This document shows positions 1-6,838 of a stretch of DNA of 32,000 bases, in pieces. A program made the translations under genes and the position numbers. A model generated the notes under the pieces. That model was not told the DNA's origin. It did no database searches and saw only the letters and a list, made by a program, of their open reading frames with translations. Each line of letters starts with the position of its first letter. The first letter of the stretch is position 1. The DNA comes from Cereibacter sphaeroides 2.4.1 (GTDB taxonomy: Bacteria > Pseudomonadota > Alphaproteobacteria > Rhodobacterales > Rhodobacteraceae). The stretch covers positions 911,019-943,018 of the forward strand of contig NC_007494.2 of the NCBI RefSeq assembly GCF_000012905.2. Direction: 5' to 3'.

Positions 1-63
1 TGGTGGATGATGACGAAGAACATGGACGCGAGTGAGTTAAGCGTCAAGCCCCTTCGTTCAGCG

Positions 64-900
64 TCATGTCCGATACCCTTGCATCCTGTCCAGCGCGGTG
101 GCCAAGGCCAGCCGGAGCGCGCCAAGATGCTCGGTGCACTTCGCCCAGCCATGCGCCGCCAGCACCTCGCTCAGCGTCTTGCCGGACAGCGCGACCATAT
201 CGACCAGCGTCCGATCAGCGATGCTGGCCTTGCTGCCTCGGGCGCTTGGCCGGATGCGGCGCACCACCATGGCCGAGCCGGTGCCGATGCGGGCGCGCAG
301 CCGGGCTAGCTCCTCGCCCTCGCGCAGATATCCGTCCATCCAGTCGCGGTCTCCCCCACCCGAGACGCCGCCGGCGAGCAGCGCCTCGGCCGACGAGCAC
401 CTGACGCCGCCAGCCGAATGACGCTCGACGAGGCCCCGGTAATGCCGCGCCATGGCGATCTGCCCCGGCGAGAACGGAGGCTCGAAGACGGGCGCGGTGA
501 AGTTTTCTTCCGACTTGCTCTCTTCATGGGCCAGCCGCGCCTTCTCCACAGCTGCCTCGTGCTTCAGCCAGGCCGAGCGGGTCATGGCATCGAACACGTC
601 GGCCGCCTCCCAGTGCCCCGGCTCGATCCGGCGCAGGCCGCCCGGCAGGACGGTCACGTTCGGCACCAGACGCTGCGCCCCGCGGGCCGGGGCCACGGGC
701 GCGGCCTGCATCGCCTCCGGAGGCGTGGCCGCTGCGAGCATGGCCGCGAGACGCTGCCGCTCATCCTCGGCCGAGAACGCGACGGCCGCAGCCGATGCCT
801 TGCGACCGCCGCCACTCGCCACCGTCATGGCCTCGATCCGCCGCTGCACATCCGATCGGCCATCACCCTGCATTGCGTTCATCATTCCCGCCGCCTTCAT
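64..900 (-). CDS. Hypothetical prophage protein, 278 aa, HTH-like C-terminal segment
   Basis: Complete ORF. Its ATG at 898-900 overlaps the stop of the upstream gene (ATGA). Strong GC3 bias and a balanced amino-acid composition, unlike the R/P/A-rich shadow frames. No family recognised. Confidence 0.7.
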   Translation of the reverse strand: MKAAGMMNAMQGDGRSDVQRRIEAMTVASGGGRKASAAAVAFSAEDERQRLAAMLAAATPPEAMQAAPVAPARGAQRLVPNVTVLPGGLRRIEPGHWEAADVFDAMTRSAWLKHEAAVEKARLAHEESKSEENFTAPVFEPPFSPGQIAMARHYRGLVERHSAGGVRCSSAEALLAGGVSGGGDRDWMDGYLREGEELARLRARIGTGSAMVVRRIRPSARGSKASIADRTLVDMVALSGKTLSEVLAAHGWAKCTEHLGALRLALATALDRMQGYRT

Positions 901-1481
901 GCCGCCGTCCCTTCCTCGTCCTTCCGCCCGCGGCCGGCATCGACCAGCGCACGGGCCGCATCCCGATCCCGCAGATATTGCTCGAGCCAGCCCCGATCCT
1001 CCGGGCTTGCCGTCTCCCGGTCGATCCGGTCGCGGGTCAGCTCGCAGCGCCGGGCGTTCTCCGCCGCCTGCTCCCGGATCCCGCGCATATCCATGGCCAT
1101 GGGCGGGCGCGGATGCTTCAGGAGCCAGCGGTAAAGCTCGACCAGATGCCCGCCCGCCTCGGCCTTCGGCCCCTCGATCGACGCGAGCCAGCTGGTCACG
1201 ATCCGCCGCTCCGCCGCGGGTGGCTCCTGGAGCCCCCGCGCGAACTCCCGGATCACCAGCTCGGACGGCCAGACGCCATCCGGCGCGCTGTCGAGCAGGG
1301 TCTCGGCCAGCGTCATGAGGTTGTCGTCGCTCATGTAGGCGAGGCGCTCGCAGATCCGCCCCATCGTCGCCTCATGCACCGCCGCGGACACGCCGCGCCG
1401 GCGCGCCATTCCTGCCTGCTCGAGCCGATCCACCACCAGCGCCTTCACCCGCGCCCGGTCTTCCGCCTTCGCTCCACTCAT
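897..1481 (-). CDS. Hypothetical prophage protein, 194 aa
   Basis: Complete ORF with ATG at 1479-1481, translationally coupled to 64..900. Protein-like composition. Lies directly downstream of the iteron array. Confidence 0.7.
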   Translation of the reverse strand: MSGAKAEDRARVKALVVDRLEQAGMARRRGVSAAVHEATMGRICERLAYMSDDNLMTLAETLLDSAPDGVWPSELVIREFARGLQEPPAAERRIVTSWLASIEGPKAEAGGHLVELYRWLLKHPRPPMAMDMRGIREQAAENARRCELTRDRIDRETASPEDRGWLEQYLRDRDAARALVDAGRGRKDEEGTAA

Positions 1482-1551
1482 GGCCCCGTTCCCTTTCTCA
1501 GCACTGCCACGCCTGCCGCTTCGCCAACCGGTTCCGGGCGTTTCGGAACTC

Positions 1552-1695
1552 TGTTCTGTCTTGTCTCTGTCTTGTCTTATGCGCCGGACAGAATTCGGCC
1601 CGAGGCGGCCGCTTCCGTCCGGTTCTGTCCGGTTCTGTCCGGTTCTGTCCGCATTCTGTCCCGTTCTGTCCCCATTCTGTCCGGCGGACAGAATT
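1552..1695. repeat. Iteron-like array of the 8-mer TTCTGTCC
   Basis: GGTTCTGTCC occurs three times in tandem (1621-1650). GCATTCTGTCC, CGTTCTGTCC and CCATTCTGTCC follow (1651-1682), and a further GTTCTGTC sits at 1553-1560. Inverted copies GGACAGAAT lie at 1586-1594 and 1686-1694. Spacing is 10-11 bp. Confidence 0.85.
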
Positions 1696-1700
1696 AACCG

Positions 1701-2354
1701 TTACGCTCCAATGCCTTGCACGGCGTCGGCCTGCGCCAGCGCATCCGCCTCGAGCGCACGGCGCACCATGTCGCGGGTCCGGTTGCCGGGACAGAACTGG
1801 ACGAGCCAGCTGTCGATGCGCTCGAGCAGCCCCGGATCGGCCGCCATCTTCCGCGTGCCGCCGGCATCGAGGATCTGGTCGGGAAGCCGCGCGAGGCGCT
1901 TCCGGCGCCGCCCGGTCTCGCCCTCGACGCGCCGCTTCTCGCGCAGGCTCAGGCTTTCCAGAATGATCTCGACCACGACGCTGTGCATGAGGCGAACCTC
2001 GCCGTCGCACTGGCAGGGCACCCATTTGTAGAGCGGCGACCAGTCGCGCGAGCGGTAGGACTGCCAGGCCTTCAGGTCGAGCATGAGGAGCGCCGCGAGC
2101 TGCACATCGTCATCGGGCAGCGTGCCGACCGGGGTCTGTTTCTGGCTCAGGCAGAAGAGGTCGAAGGCGAGGCCGCGCACATCGGGCGGGGCCGAGAGCC
2201 GGAAGCGGCTGTTCAGCCACCGGTCATGGTGCCAGGCCATGAAGAAATGGGTCGTGAGGCGCTGGTTCGGGTCCAGCGGATAGTCCGGCAGGTGCCCGGC
2301 CTCGATCAGCCGGGGCGCGGATCCTGCGGGAACGGATCGCGGGTGCGCTGTCAT
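1701..2354 (-). CDS. DUF1376/YdaU-like phage replication-associated protein, 217 aa
   Basis: Complete ORF with an ATGA overlap to the upstream gene. The segment HFFMAWHHDRWLNS...RGLAFDLFCLSQKQTPVGTLPDDDVQLAALL resembles my recollection of the DUF1376 signature (aromatic-rich N-terminus, RG, G-LP-D motif). Family assignment is from memory only. Confidence 0.6.
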   Translation of the reverse strand: MTAHPRSVPAGSAPRLIEAGHLPDYPLDPNQRLTTHFFMAWHHDRWLNSRFRLSAPPDVRGLAFDLFCLSQKQTPVGTLPDDDVQLAALLMLDLKAWQSYRSRDWSPLYKWVPCQCDGEVRLMHSVVVEIILESLSLREKRRVEGETGRRRKRLARLPDQILDAGGTRKMAADPGLLERIDSWLVQFCPGNRTRDMVRRALEADALAQADAVQGIGA

Positions 2355-2638
2355 GATGTCCCTCCCCGGCGCCGCTGCTCGCGCTGCAGCGCCGATCTGA
2401 TGCTGGAATGGTCGCGCCGCAGGACGTTGCCGATCTGGGTCAGCGAGAAGCCCTCGCGACGCGCGATGAAACAGGCGAGGTCGCGGGCCTGGACGAGGCC
2501 CGGAAACACGCGCGCGCTGGTGATCTCCTGCGGCTCCCAGCCCGTCGCCTCTGCGACTTCGGCGATGATTTCGGTGATCCGCGCGGGATGGCAGCGGGTG
2601 CGGATCAGGGCGGCGCGGGCGGCGTCTTCGGGCGTCAT
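2351..2638 (-). CDS. Small DnaA C-terminal (domain IV)-like helix-turn-helix protein, 95 aa
   Basis: The internal ATG at 2636-2638 of long ORF 2351..3307 overlaps the stop of 2635..3102 (ATGA). ITEIIAEVAEATGW...ARDLACFIARREGFSLTQIGNVLRRDHSSIRSAL matches the Bac_DnaA_C pattern (R-x-AR...S-x-xIG...DH-S/T). Confidence 0.8.
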   Translation of the reverse strand: MTPEDAARAALIRTRCHPARITEIIAEVAEATGWEPQEITSARVFPGLVQARDLACFIARREGFSLTQIGNVLRRDHSSIRSALQREQRRRGGTS

Positions 2639-3102
2639 GCGGCCCTCGTCTCGATGCGGCAGCGCTTCCTGCCGTGATAGGGCCGGTCCACCATCTCGCG
2701 CAAATCCATCGCCGCCCGCGTTTCGGCGGCGGCCGCGGCGAGGCGCTGGCGGAGGCGGAACTCGGCCAGCGGCAGCGCGCTCCAGCGGCAGATCCGTCGG
2801 CGCCCGAGCTTCATCTGCCGGGCCGCTTTCGTGATGGTGTTGTGCGCCACGCCGAAGGCCGCCTCCATGTCGCGCAGGCTCACACCCGCGCGCCACATCT
2901 CGGCGAAGTCCGAAGGTGGCACCCAGCGCGCCCATTCGTTGGGCGCCACCGGCCGCGGGCCGAGCCCGCGCAGCGCGGCCCGCTGCTGGACCGCCTGATA
3001 ACTGATACCGAGCCGTCGCCCGATCTCGGAGATGCTGAGGCTCGGGTCCGCCCATAACCGGCGCAGCTCGGCCTCGCTCGTGATCCTGCCGCGGTGGGTC
3101 AT
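2635..3102 (-). CDS. Phage DNA-binding protein with two HTH motifs, 155 aa
   Basis: The start at 3100-3102 overlaps the stop of 3099..3620 (ATGA). HTH-like segments are LSISEIGRRLGISYQAVQQRA and VSLRDMEAAFGVAHNTITKAARQM. The upstream part of track ORF 2635..3423 looks like a non-coding extension. Confidence 0.7.
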   Translation of the reverse strand: MTHRGRITSEAELRRLWADPSLSISEIGRRLGISYQAVQQRAALRGLGPRPVAPNEWARWVPPSDFAEMWRAGVSLRDMEAAFGVAHNTITKAARQMKLGRRRICRWSALPLAEFRLRQRLAAAAAETRAAMDLREMVDRPYHGRKRCRIETRAA

Positions 3103-3620
3103 CGCTCCGGCCCCTCCGCATAGACGAAGACCGAGGTCTGGCGCGCGAGCGCGGCCCGCACCTCGTGCCAGATCCCGAGAGAGCGCGACCAGCCGCGGAT
3201 GTCGGGCACCACGACGGCGGAGCATGTATCGAGGATCGGGCGGCACCATTCGGCCCAGAGCACCGCATCGAGCGGATCGAGCATGGGCCGAGGATAAAGC
3301 GTGGCATGCACCGCCACGCCCGAGAGGGCGACGGGCGAAATCGCCGTCACGCCCACCTGCTGCAGCCGCACGATCTCGCGCCCGGCATCGCCCATGGCCG
3401 CAGCCGACATGTCTGCCGACCACCGGCCTTCCCGGTCCACGGCGCGCAAGCTGTAGGGCGTGGCGAGATAGACCGGCCGGCCGAGCTTCGCGCGGCGCGC
3501 CACCAGCGCCGGGCCGGCGCCGAAATGCAGGAGCCCCGCGTCCCGGGCGGGATGAGCATAGAGCGCGGTCCAGTCTGGATTGCCGGGCGGCGGCAAAGAG
3601 AGGTGCAGGGAGGCGGTCAT
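3099..3620 (-). CDS. DUF1937-like protein (nucleoside 2-deoxyribosyltransferase-like fold family), 173 aa
   Basis: Start chosen at MTASLH (ATG 3618-3620), preceded by GGGAGCGG. VYLATPYS...ISPV...W..W..PIL..C.AVVV....GWSRSLGIWHEV matches my recollection of the DUF1937 pattern. Confidence 0.65.
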   Translation of the reverse strand: MTASLHLSLPPPGNPDWTALYAHPARDAGLLHFGAGPALVARRAKLGRPVYLATPYSLRAVDREGRWSADMSAAAMGDAGREIVRLQQVGVTAISPVALSGVAVHATLYPRPMLDPLDAVLWAEWCRPILDTCSAVVVPDIRGWSRSLGIWHEVRAALARQTSVFVYAEGPER

Positions 3621-3671
3621 TGACGCACCGCTCCCGCAGGTCCCTGCCCCGCCGCAGAGGAGGGTCGCGCC

Positions 3672-3713
3672 GAAGGGAAAAGGCCGGGGGCAGAAGGAGC
3701 GAGCGCCCCCGGC
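3672..3713 (-). terminator. Intrinsic terminator-like hairpin inside the leftward early operon
   Basis: 9-bp GC stem: GCCGGGGGC (3683-3691) pairs with GCCCCCGGC (3705-3713). On the minus strand it is followed by CTTTTCCCTTC (3672-3682). It lies between the small membrane-protein gene and the DUF1937 gene. Confidence 0.55.
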
Positions 3714-3756
3714 TGAGTGGCCGCGGCCAAGGCAGGCACGGCCGCGGCGGCGGTAA

Positions 3757-3909
3757 TCATGCGAGGACGGCCCATGTCGCGAGGACGTAGACGAGCGCAT
3801 AGGCAAGCGCGGCCACGATCAGCCACCAGCCGGACGGCAGGCGACGCTCCTGCGGCTCTGGGCTCTTGTGATGCGCCTCGTAGTGCTCGATCAGGGAAGA
3901 ATACTTCAT
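3757..3909 (-). CDS. Small membrane protein, 50 aa
   Basis: ATG at 3907-3909, preceded by AAGGAA. The C-terminal hydrophobic helix WWLIVAALAYALVYVLATWAVLA indicates one transmembrane segment. Confidence 0.55.
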   Translation of the reverse strand: MKYSSLIEHYEAHHKSPEPQERRLPSGWWLIVAALAYALVYVLATWAVLA

Positions 3910-4013
3910 GGCTTTTCCTTGCAGATGCCGATGCTTATCCGTCAGGCCCTTGGATGAGGCGCGGCTGGCCCGCACCTCGTAGAAGCGCCTAGTGATGTGC
4001 CAGCAGACCCGGA

Positions 4014-4355
4014 TCATGGCTGGCGGCTTTCCATCCGGGAGAAGACCACCTCCGCGCCCGCGATCATCATCACGGCGGTGACGTAGCGGAGGGACGCATC
4101 GTGGTCCTCGCGCAGCCAGTTGCGCACCTGCCGGGTGCTCACCCCCAGCACGGGCGCTGCGCGCTCGGCCAGTTCAGCCTCAGAGTTGGCCGGAAAGGCT
4201 CGGCGCAGCAGGTTCGAAAACCATTTTCGGCTCGTTCTGGCGTGCTCGTCCGAATTGGCAGGATTTTTCCGCATGTTCGCTCCATCTTGTGCCTTGGCGA
4301 GAGGCTTTGATGACGAAGCGATTTCATGACGGGCGAAGGGGGCGGCGTAGGTCAT
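4014..4355 (-). CDS. Phage HTH regulatory protein (113 aa; alternative start 4274 gives 86 aa)
   Basis: The ATG at 4353-4355 shares one base with the Cro-like stop (TGATG). The alternative ATG at 4272-4274 has a GGAG Shine-Dalgarno sequence. The HTH-like segment is LGVSTRQVRNWLRED. Confidence 0.6.
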   Translation of the reverse strand: MTYAAPFARHEIASSSKPLAKAQDGANMRKNPANSDEHARTSRKWFSNLLRRAFPANSEAELAERAAPVLGVSTRQVRNWLREDHDASLRYVTAVMMIAGAEVVFSRMESRQP

Positions 4356-4591
4356 CACGCTGCCCCCTTTGCTTCTTCCTGAGAGACCAGCCCATGACCG
4401 GTAGCGGTCATCTCGGCGCCCGCCATGTGGGCGCGCAGGCGATCCACAACCTTCATGGTCGGGCTGGACTTGCCGTCCTTCCAGTCCTGCCATTGTCCCC
4501 ACTTCGCGTTGATGGCCTCGCGCAACAGCTTCTGCGGACTGATCCCGCACGCCGCGCAATGGGCCTCGATGTCTGAGATGAGCTGTTCCAT
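4355..4591 (-). CDS. Cro-like early regulator, 78 aa, divergent from the repressor
   Basis: ATG at 4589-4591. It is divergent from the CI-like gene across an 85-bp operator region. It has no Shine-Dalgarno sequence and sits 7 nt downstream of a CATATT -10 box, so the mRNA may be leaderless. Confidence 0.7.
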   Translation of the reverse strand: MEQLISDIEAHCAACGISPQKLLREAINAKWGQWQDWKDGKSSPTMKVVDRLRAHMAGAEMTATGHGLVSQEEAKGAA

Positions 4592-4597
4592 GGCGGG

Positions 4598-4676
4598 CAA
4601 TATGGGGGAACTCCCCCATATTGGCAAGGGGAACTTCCCCATGGAACGGAGCTGGGGTATGGGGCACTTTCCCCAC
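4598..4676. promoter_or_regulatory. OR-like operator cluster with divergent promoters
   Basis: Three inverted repeats: CAATATGGGGG-AACT-CCCCCATATTG (4598-4623), GGGGAA-C-TTCCCC (4628-4640) and GGGGCACTTTCCCC (4661-4674). The minus-strand promoter is TTGCCA (4622-4627), N17, CATATT (4599-4604), with the first operator filling the spacer. Confidence 0.8.
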
Positions 4677-5345
4677 ATGCAGAAAAAGACCCTGGACGCC
4701 TTCGTGCGTGGCCTGCAGATCGTCATGGAGGCTGAGGGCATCAAGATGAAGCCGCTCTCGGTAGCTGCAGGCATGGGCGAGTCTGGCGTGCGAGATCTGA
4801 TCCGCAACGAGTCATCGCCTAAGGTCGCCAACGCCTACGCCCTGGCCAGAGAGCTTGGGCGAACGGTCGATGAGATCATTCAGATCGGCATGACGGGAGA
4901 TCTGAATGCGCGTCCGGCTCACGCGCCCATTGCGGTGGCGGGCTGCGTGGGTGCGGGTGCGCGGGTTGACCTCCTAGACGCCTACGAGAAGGGCGATGGA
5001 ATGTACCACGTCGCCCGCCCCCCGCAGCTGAAGCCACACGGCATAGTTGCGGTAGAGGTCAAGGGAGAGAGCATGATGCCGCTCTATCGCCCTGGATCGG
5101 TGCTCTTCTACACGCGCGCCGCCGCAGAGGGCGTGCCGGTCGAGGCGCTCAACACCCCTTGTGTCTGCGAGGACGCTGACGGAAGGGCATGGCTCAAGGT
5201 TGTCAAGGTGGGTAGCCAGGAGGGCACTTTCAGCCTCCTGTCGCTGAACCCGGATGCAGACAACATGCACGGCGTCCGGTTGAAGTGGGCAGCGCCTGTG
5301 CTGCTGACGCTTTCGCCCGATTATGTGGAGCGGGTCTACGTCTGA
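4677..5345 (+). CDS. CI-like prophage repressor (XRE HTH plus S24 LexA-like peptidase), 222 aa
   Basis: Start taken at MQKKTLD (ATG 4677). N-terminal HTH is LSVAAGMGESGVRDLIRNE. An Ala-Gly candidate cleavage site (VAGCVGAG) is present. The C-terminal S24 motifs are VKGESMMPLYRPGSVLF and the Lys-containing WLKVVKV. Confidence 0.9.
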   Translation: MQKKTLDAFVRGLQIVMEAEGIKMKPLSVAAGMGESGVRDLIRNESSPKVANAYALARELGRTVDEIIQIGMTGDLNARPAHAPIAVAGCVGAGARVDLLDAYEKGDGMYHVARPPQLKPHGIVAVEVKGESMMPLYRPGSVLFYTRAAAEGVPVEALNTPCVCEDADGRAWLKVVKVGSQEGTFSLLSLNPDADNMHGVRLKWAAPVLLTLSPDYVERVYV

Positions 5346-5404
5346 TGGCGCTTGGTCGTCAGGCCGTCTGCTTCGCTCCGTCATAAAGCACAATTCACTT
5401 TCCG

Positions 5405-5421
5405 CCCGCCTCCGCGGGTTT
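5405..5421 (+). terminator. Weak terminator-like hairpin after the repressor gene
   Basis: CCCGC-CTCC-GCGGG followed by TTT. The stem is only 5 bp. Confidence 0.3.
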
Positions 5422-5502
5422 CGGGGTGCCCGGCTTTAGAGCCGTCCTTTACCCGCCGGCAGTGGGAGCCGATGGGGAGGCCGGCACGATTCTGCATGCA
5501 AG

Positions 5503-5555
5503 TGGGGGTAAATCCCCATTAGAGCGTTGACATGGGGAAACTCCCCCAATAGCTT
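5503..5555 (+). promoter_or_regulatory. OL-like operator pair overlapping a rightward early promoter
   Basis: TGGGGGTAAATCCCCAT (5503-5519) and ATGGGGAAACTCCCCCAAT (5532-5550) belong to the same motif family as the operators at 4598-4674. The promoter is TTGACA (5527-5532), a 17-bp spacer, then TAGCTT (5550-5555). The second operator occupies the spacer. Confidence 0.7.
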
Positions 5556-5603
5556 CTCGTCAGACGGCCGATCCTTGACCGTGCATTTGACGGGAGACTG
5601 CCC

Positions 5604-5705
5604 ATGATCCTCCAGCCGCTGGCTTGGGCCAGCCTGCTCGCCAACGCCAGGGCGCGCCTGTGCCCCTCTGGCAACCGCTACCACATTGCGGAGGGCCGGC
5701 CATGA
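5604..5705 (+). CDS. Possible 33-codon leader ORF (MILQPLAWASLLANARARLCPSGNRYHIAEGRP)
   Basis: Not in the ORF track because it is too short. ATG at 5604 follows GGGAG. About 28 of 32 third positions are G/C, higher than in the alternative frame. Its stop overlaps the next ATG (ATGA at 5702-5705). Confidence 0.4.
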   Translation: MILQPLAWASLLANARARLCPSGNRYHIAEGRP

Positions 5706-5899
5706 CCGCCACCGCCATCCGCTACCCGGCCTCGACGCCGGTTGGCCGCTTCGCTCTCCTCGACCTGACCGAGCCGCAGCTGCGCCGGCTGCTCGCCGCG
5801 GCCGAGGCAGGGCTCCCGCAACTCGACACTGCCGATGAGGAGCCCGGGGCCGAGGTCGACACCATCCTCGCCCAGGCGCGGGAGGCGCTCGAACAATGA
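5702..5899 (+). CDS. Small acidic early phage protein, 65 aa
   Basis: ATG at 5702 is preceded by GGAGGG. High GC3. Coupled to the next gene by ATGA at 5896-5899. Confidence 0.65.
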   Translation: MTATAIRYPASTPVGRFALLDLTEPQLRRLLAAAEAGLPQLDTADEEPGAEVDTILAQAREALEQ

Positions 5900-6228
5900 A
5901 ACAGGATCTTCCCCTCTCGCCCCGCGCCCTCAACATGGCTCGGCATCACGCCGAGCACGCGCCTACGCCCGAGATCCGCGAGGCCGCCAGCCGCCTTCTG
6001 ACGGATCACGAGCTGGCCATCGCCATGGGCCGCCCGCTGCACCGTGCGGTGCCGCGGCCGACCTTCCGGACGAGCAGGCCCAGCCCGCTCGGGCCGAACC
6101 TGACCGGCTTGCTCTTGGGGGCGCTGGCGCTCCTGGGCTTCCTCTTCGTCGCCACCGTGCTCTGGGCCCACGCCACCGACGTTGCCGCGACCATGCGCGC
6201 GCAGGCCGCGGCCATGCGGGGCATGTGA
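5896..6228 (+). CDS. Early phage protein with a C-terminal transmembrane helix, 110 aa
   Basis: Full ORF with an ATGA overlap to the upstream gene. The hydrophobic segment is LTGLLLGALALLGFLFVATVLW. Confidence 0.65.
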   Translation: MKQDLPLSPRALNMARHHAEHAPTPEIREAASRLLTDHELAIAMGRPLHRAVPRPTFRTSRPSPLGPNLTGLLLGALALLGFLFVATVLWAHATDVAATMRAQAAAMRGM

Positions 6229-6230
6229 GC

Positions 6231-6350
6231 ATGGAACTCGGTTTCTACCGCACCGAGGGCGGCACCGGCTGGGCGGCCTACGAGAAGAAGACGGGCCGCG
6301 CCTGGCGCGTGCTCGCCTCCGAGGTTCCCGAGATCCTGCGCACCTCATGA
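6231..6350 (+). CDS. Small early phage protein, 39 aa
   Basis: ATG at 6231 lies 3 nt after the preceding stop. GC3 is very high. Its stop overlaps the next ATG (ATGA at 6347-6350). Confidence 0.5.
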   Translation: MELGFYRTEGGTGWAAYEKKTGRAWRVLASEVPEILRTS

Positions 6351-6820
6351 CGCGGCTGCAGCTCGGCCGTCCCGCCCGGGGCGGCTCCATGTGCAGCCGA
6401 GAGGAGCAGATGAACGCCTTACCGAACCCGCAACCCGCGCCGCCGCCCGAAAGGAAACCCATGAGCGAACTGCGCACCCTCGATCAGATCATCTCGCTGG
6501 CCGACAACGGCCAGTATCAGCCGCTGCTGCTGCAGGAGAATGACGACCTGATCTCCGAGATCGTCAACTTCAGCCAGGCCTACGGCACGAAGGCGGGCGG
6601 CAAGCTGCAGATCACCATCAGCTACACGACCGACCGCTTCGGCCAGATCGATCTGGCGATCGAGCACAAGGTCACGAAGCCCAGGACGCCCAAGGCGAAA
6701 GCCACCGCATGGACCGCCGACGGCGGCGGGCTGACCATCGCGAACCCCAACCAGTCGCGAATGGAGATCCGTGAGGTTGCCGGCCGGCGCCAGCTGCGCA
6801 CGCCCGGCGCGGACGAGTAA
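6347..6820 (+). CDS. Early phage protein, 157 aa (alternative starts 6410 and 6461)
   Basis: GC3 is high from 6347 onward and there is ATGA coupling. The alternative ATGs at 6410 and 6461 have GGAG and AAGGAA sequences upstream. No family recognised. Confidence 0.6.
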   Translation: MTRLQLGRPARGGSMCSREEQMNALPNPQPAPPPERKPMSELRTLDQIISLADNGQYQPLLLQENDDLISEIVNFSQAYGTKAGGKLQITISYTTDRFGQIDLAIEHKVTKPRTPKAKATAWTADGGGLTIANPNQSRMEIREVAGRRQLRTPGADE

Positions 6821-6838
6821 CCCCGAGAAGGACAGAAA

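Noticed and set aside
1552-1695. Possible CRISPR array, because of the short tandem repeats
   Set aside because: The repeat unit is only 8-11 bp and the copies abut with no unique spacers. No cas genes are nearby. The pattern fits iterons or binding sites, not CRISPR.
5346-5502. Looked for a rexAB-like or other defence cargo between the repressor gene and the OL-like operators
   Set aside because: Only about 155 bp of non-coding DNA is present. ORF 5436..5936 on the minus strand is R/P/A-rich and runs antisense to real early genes.
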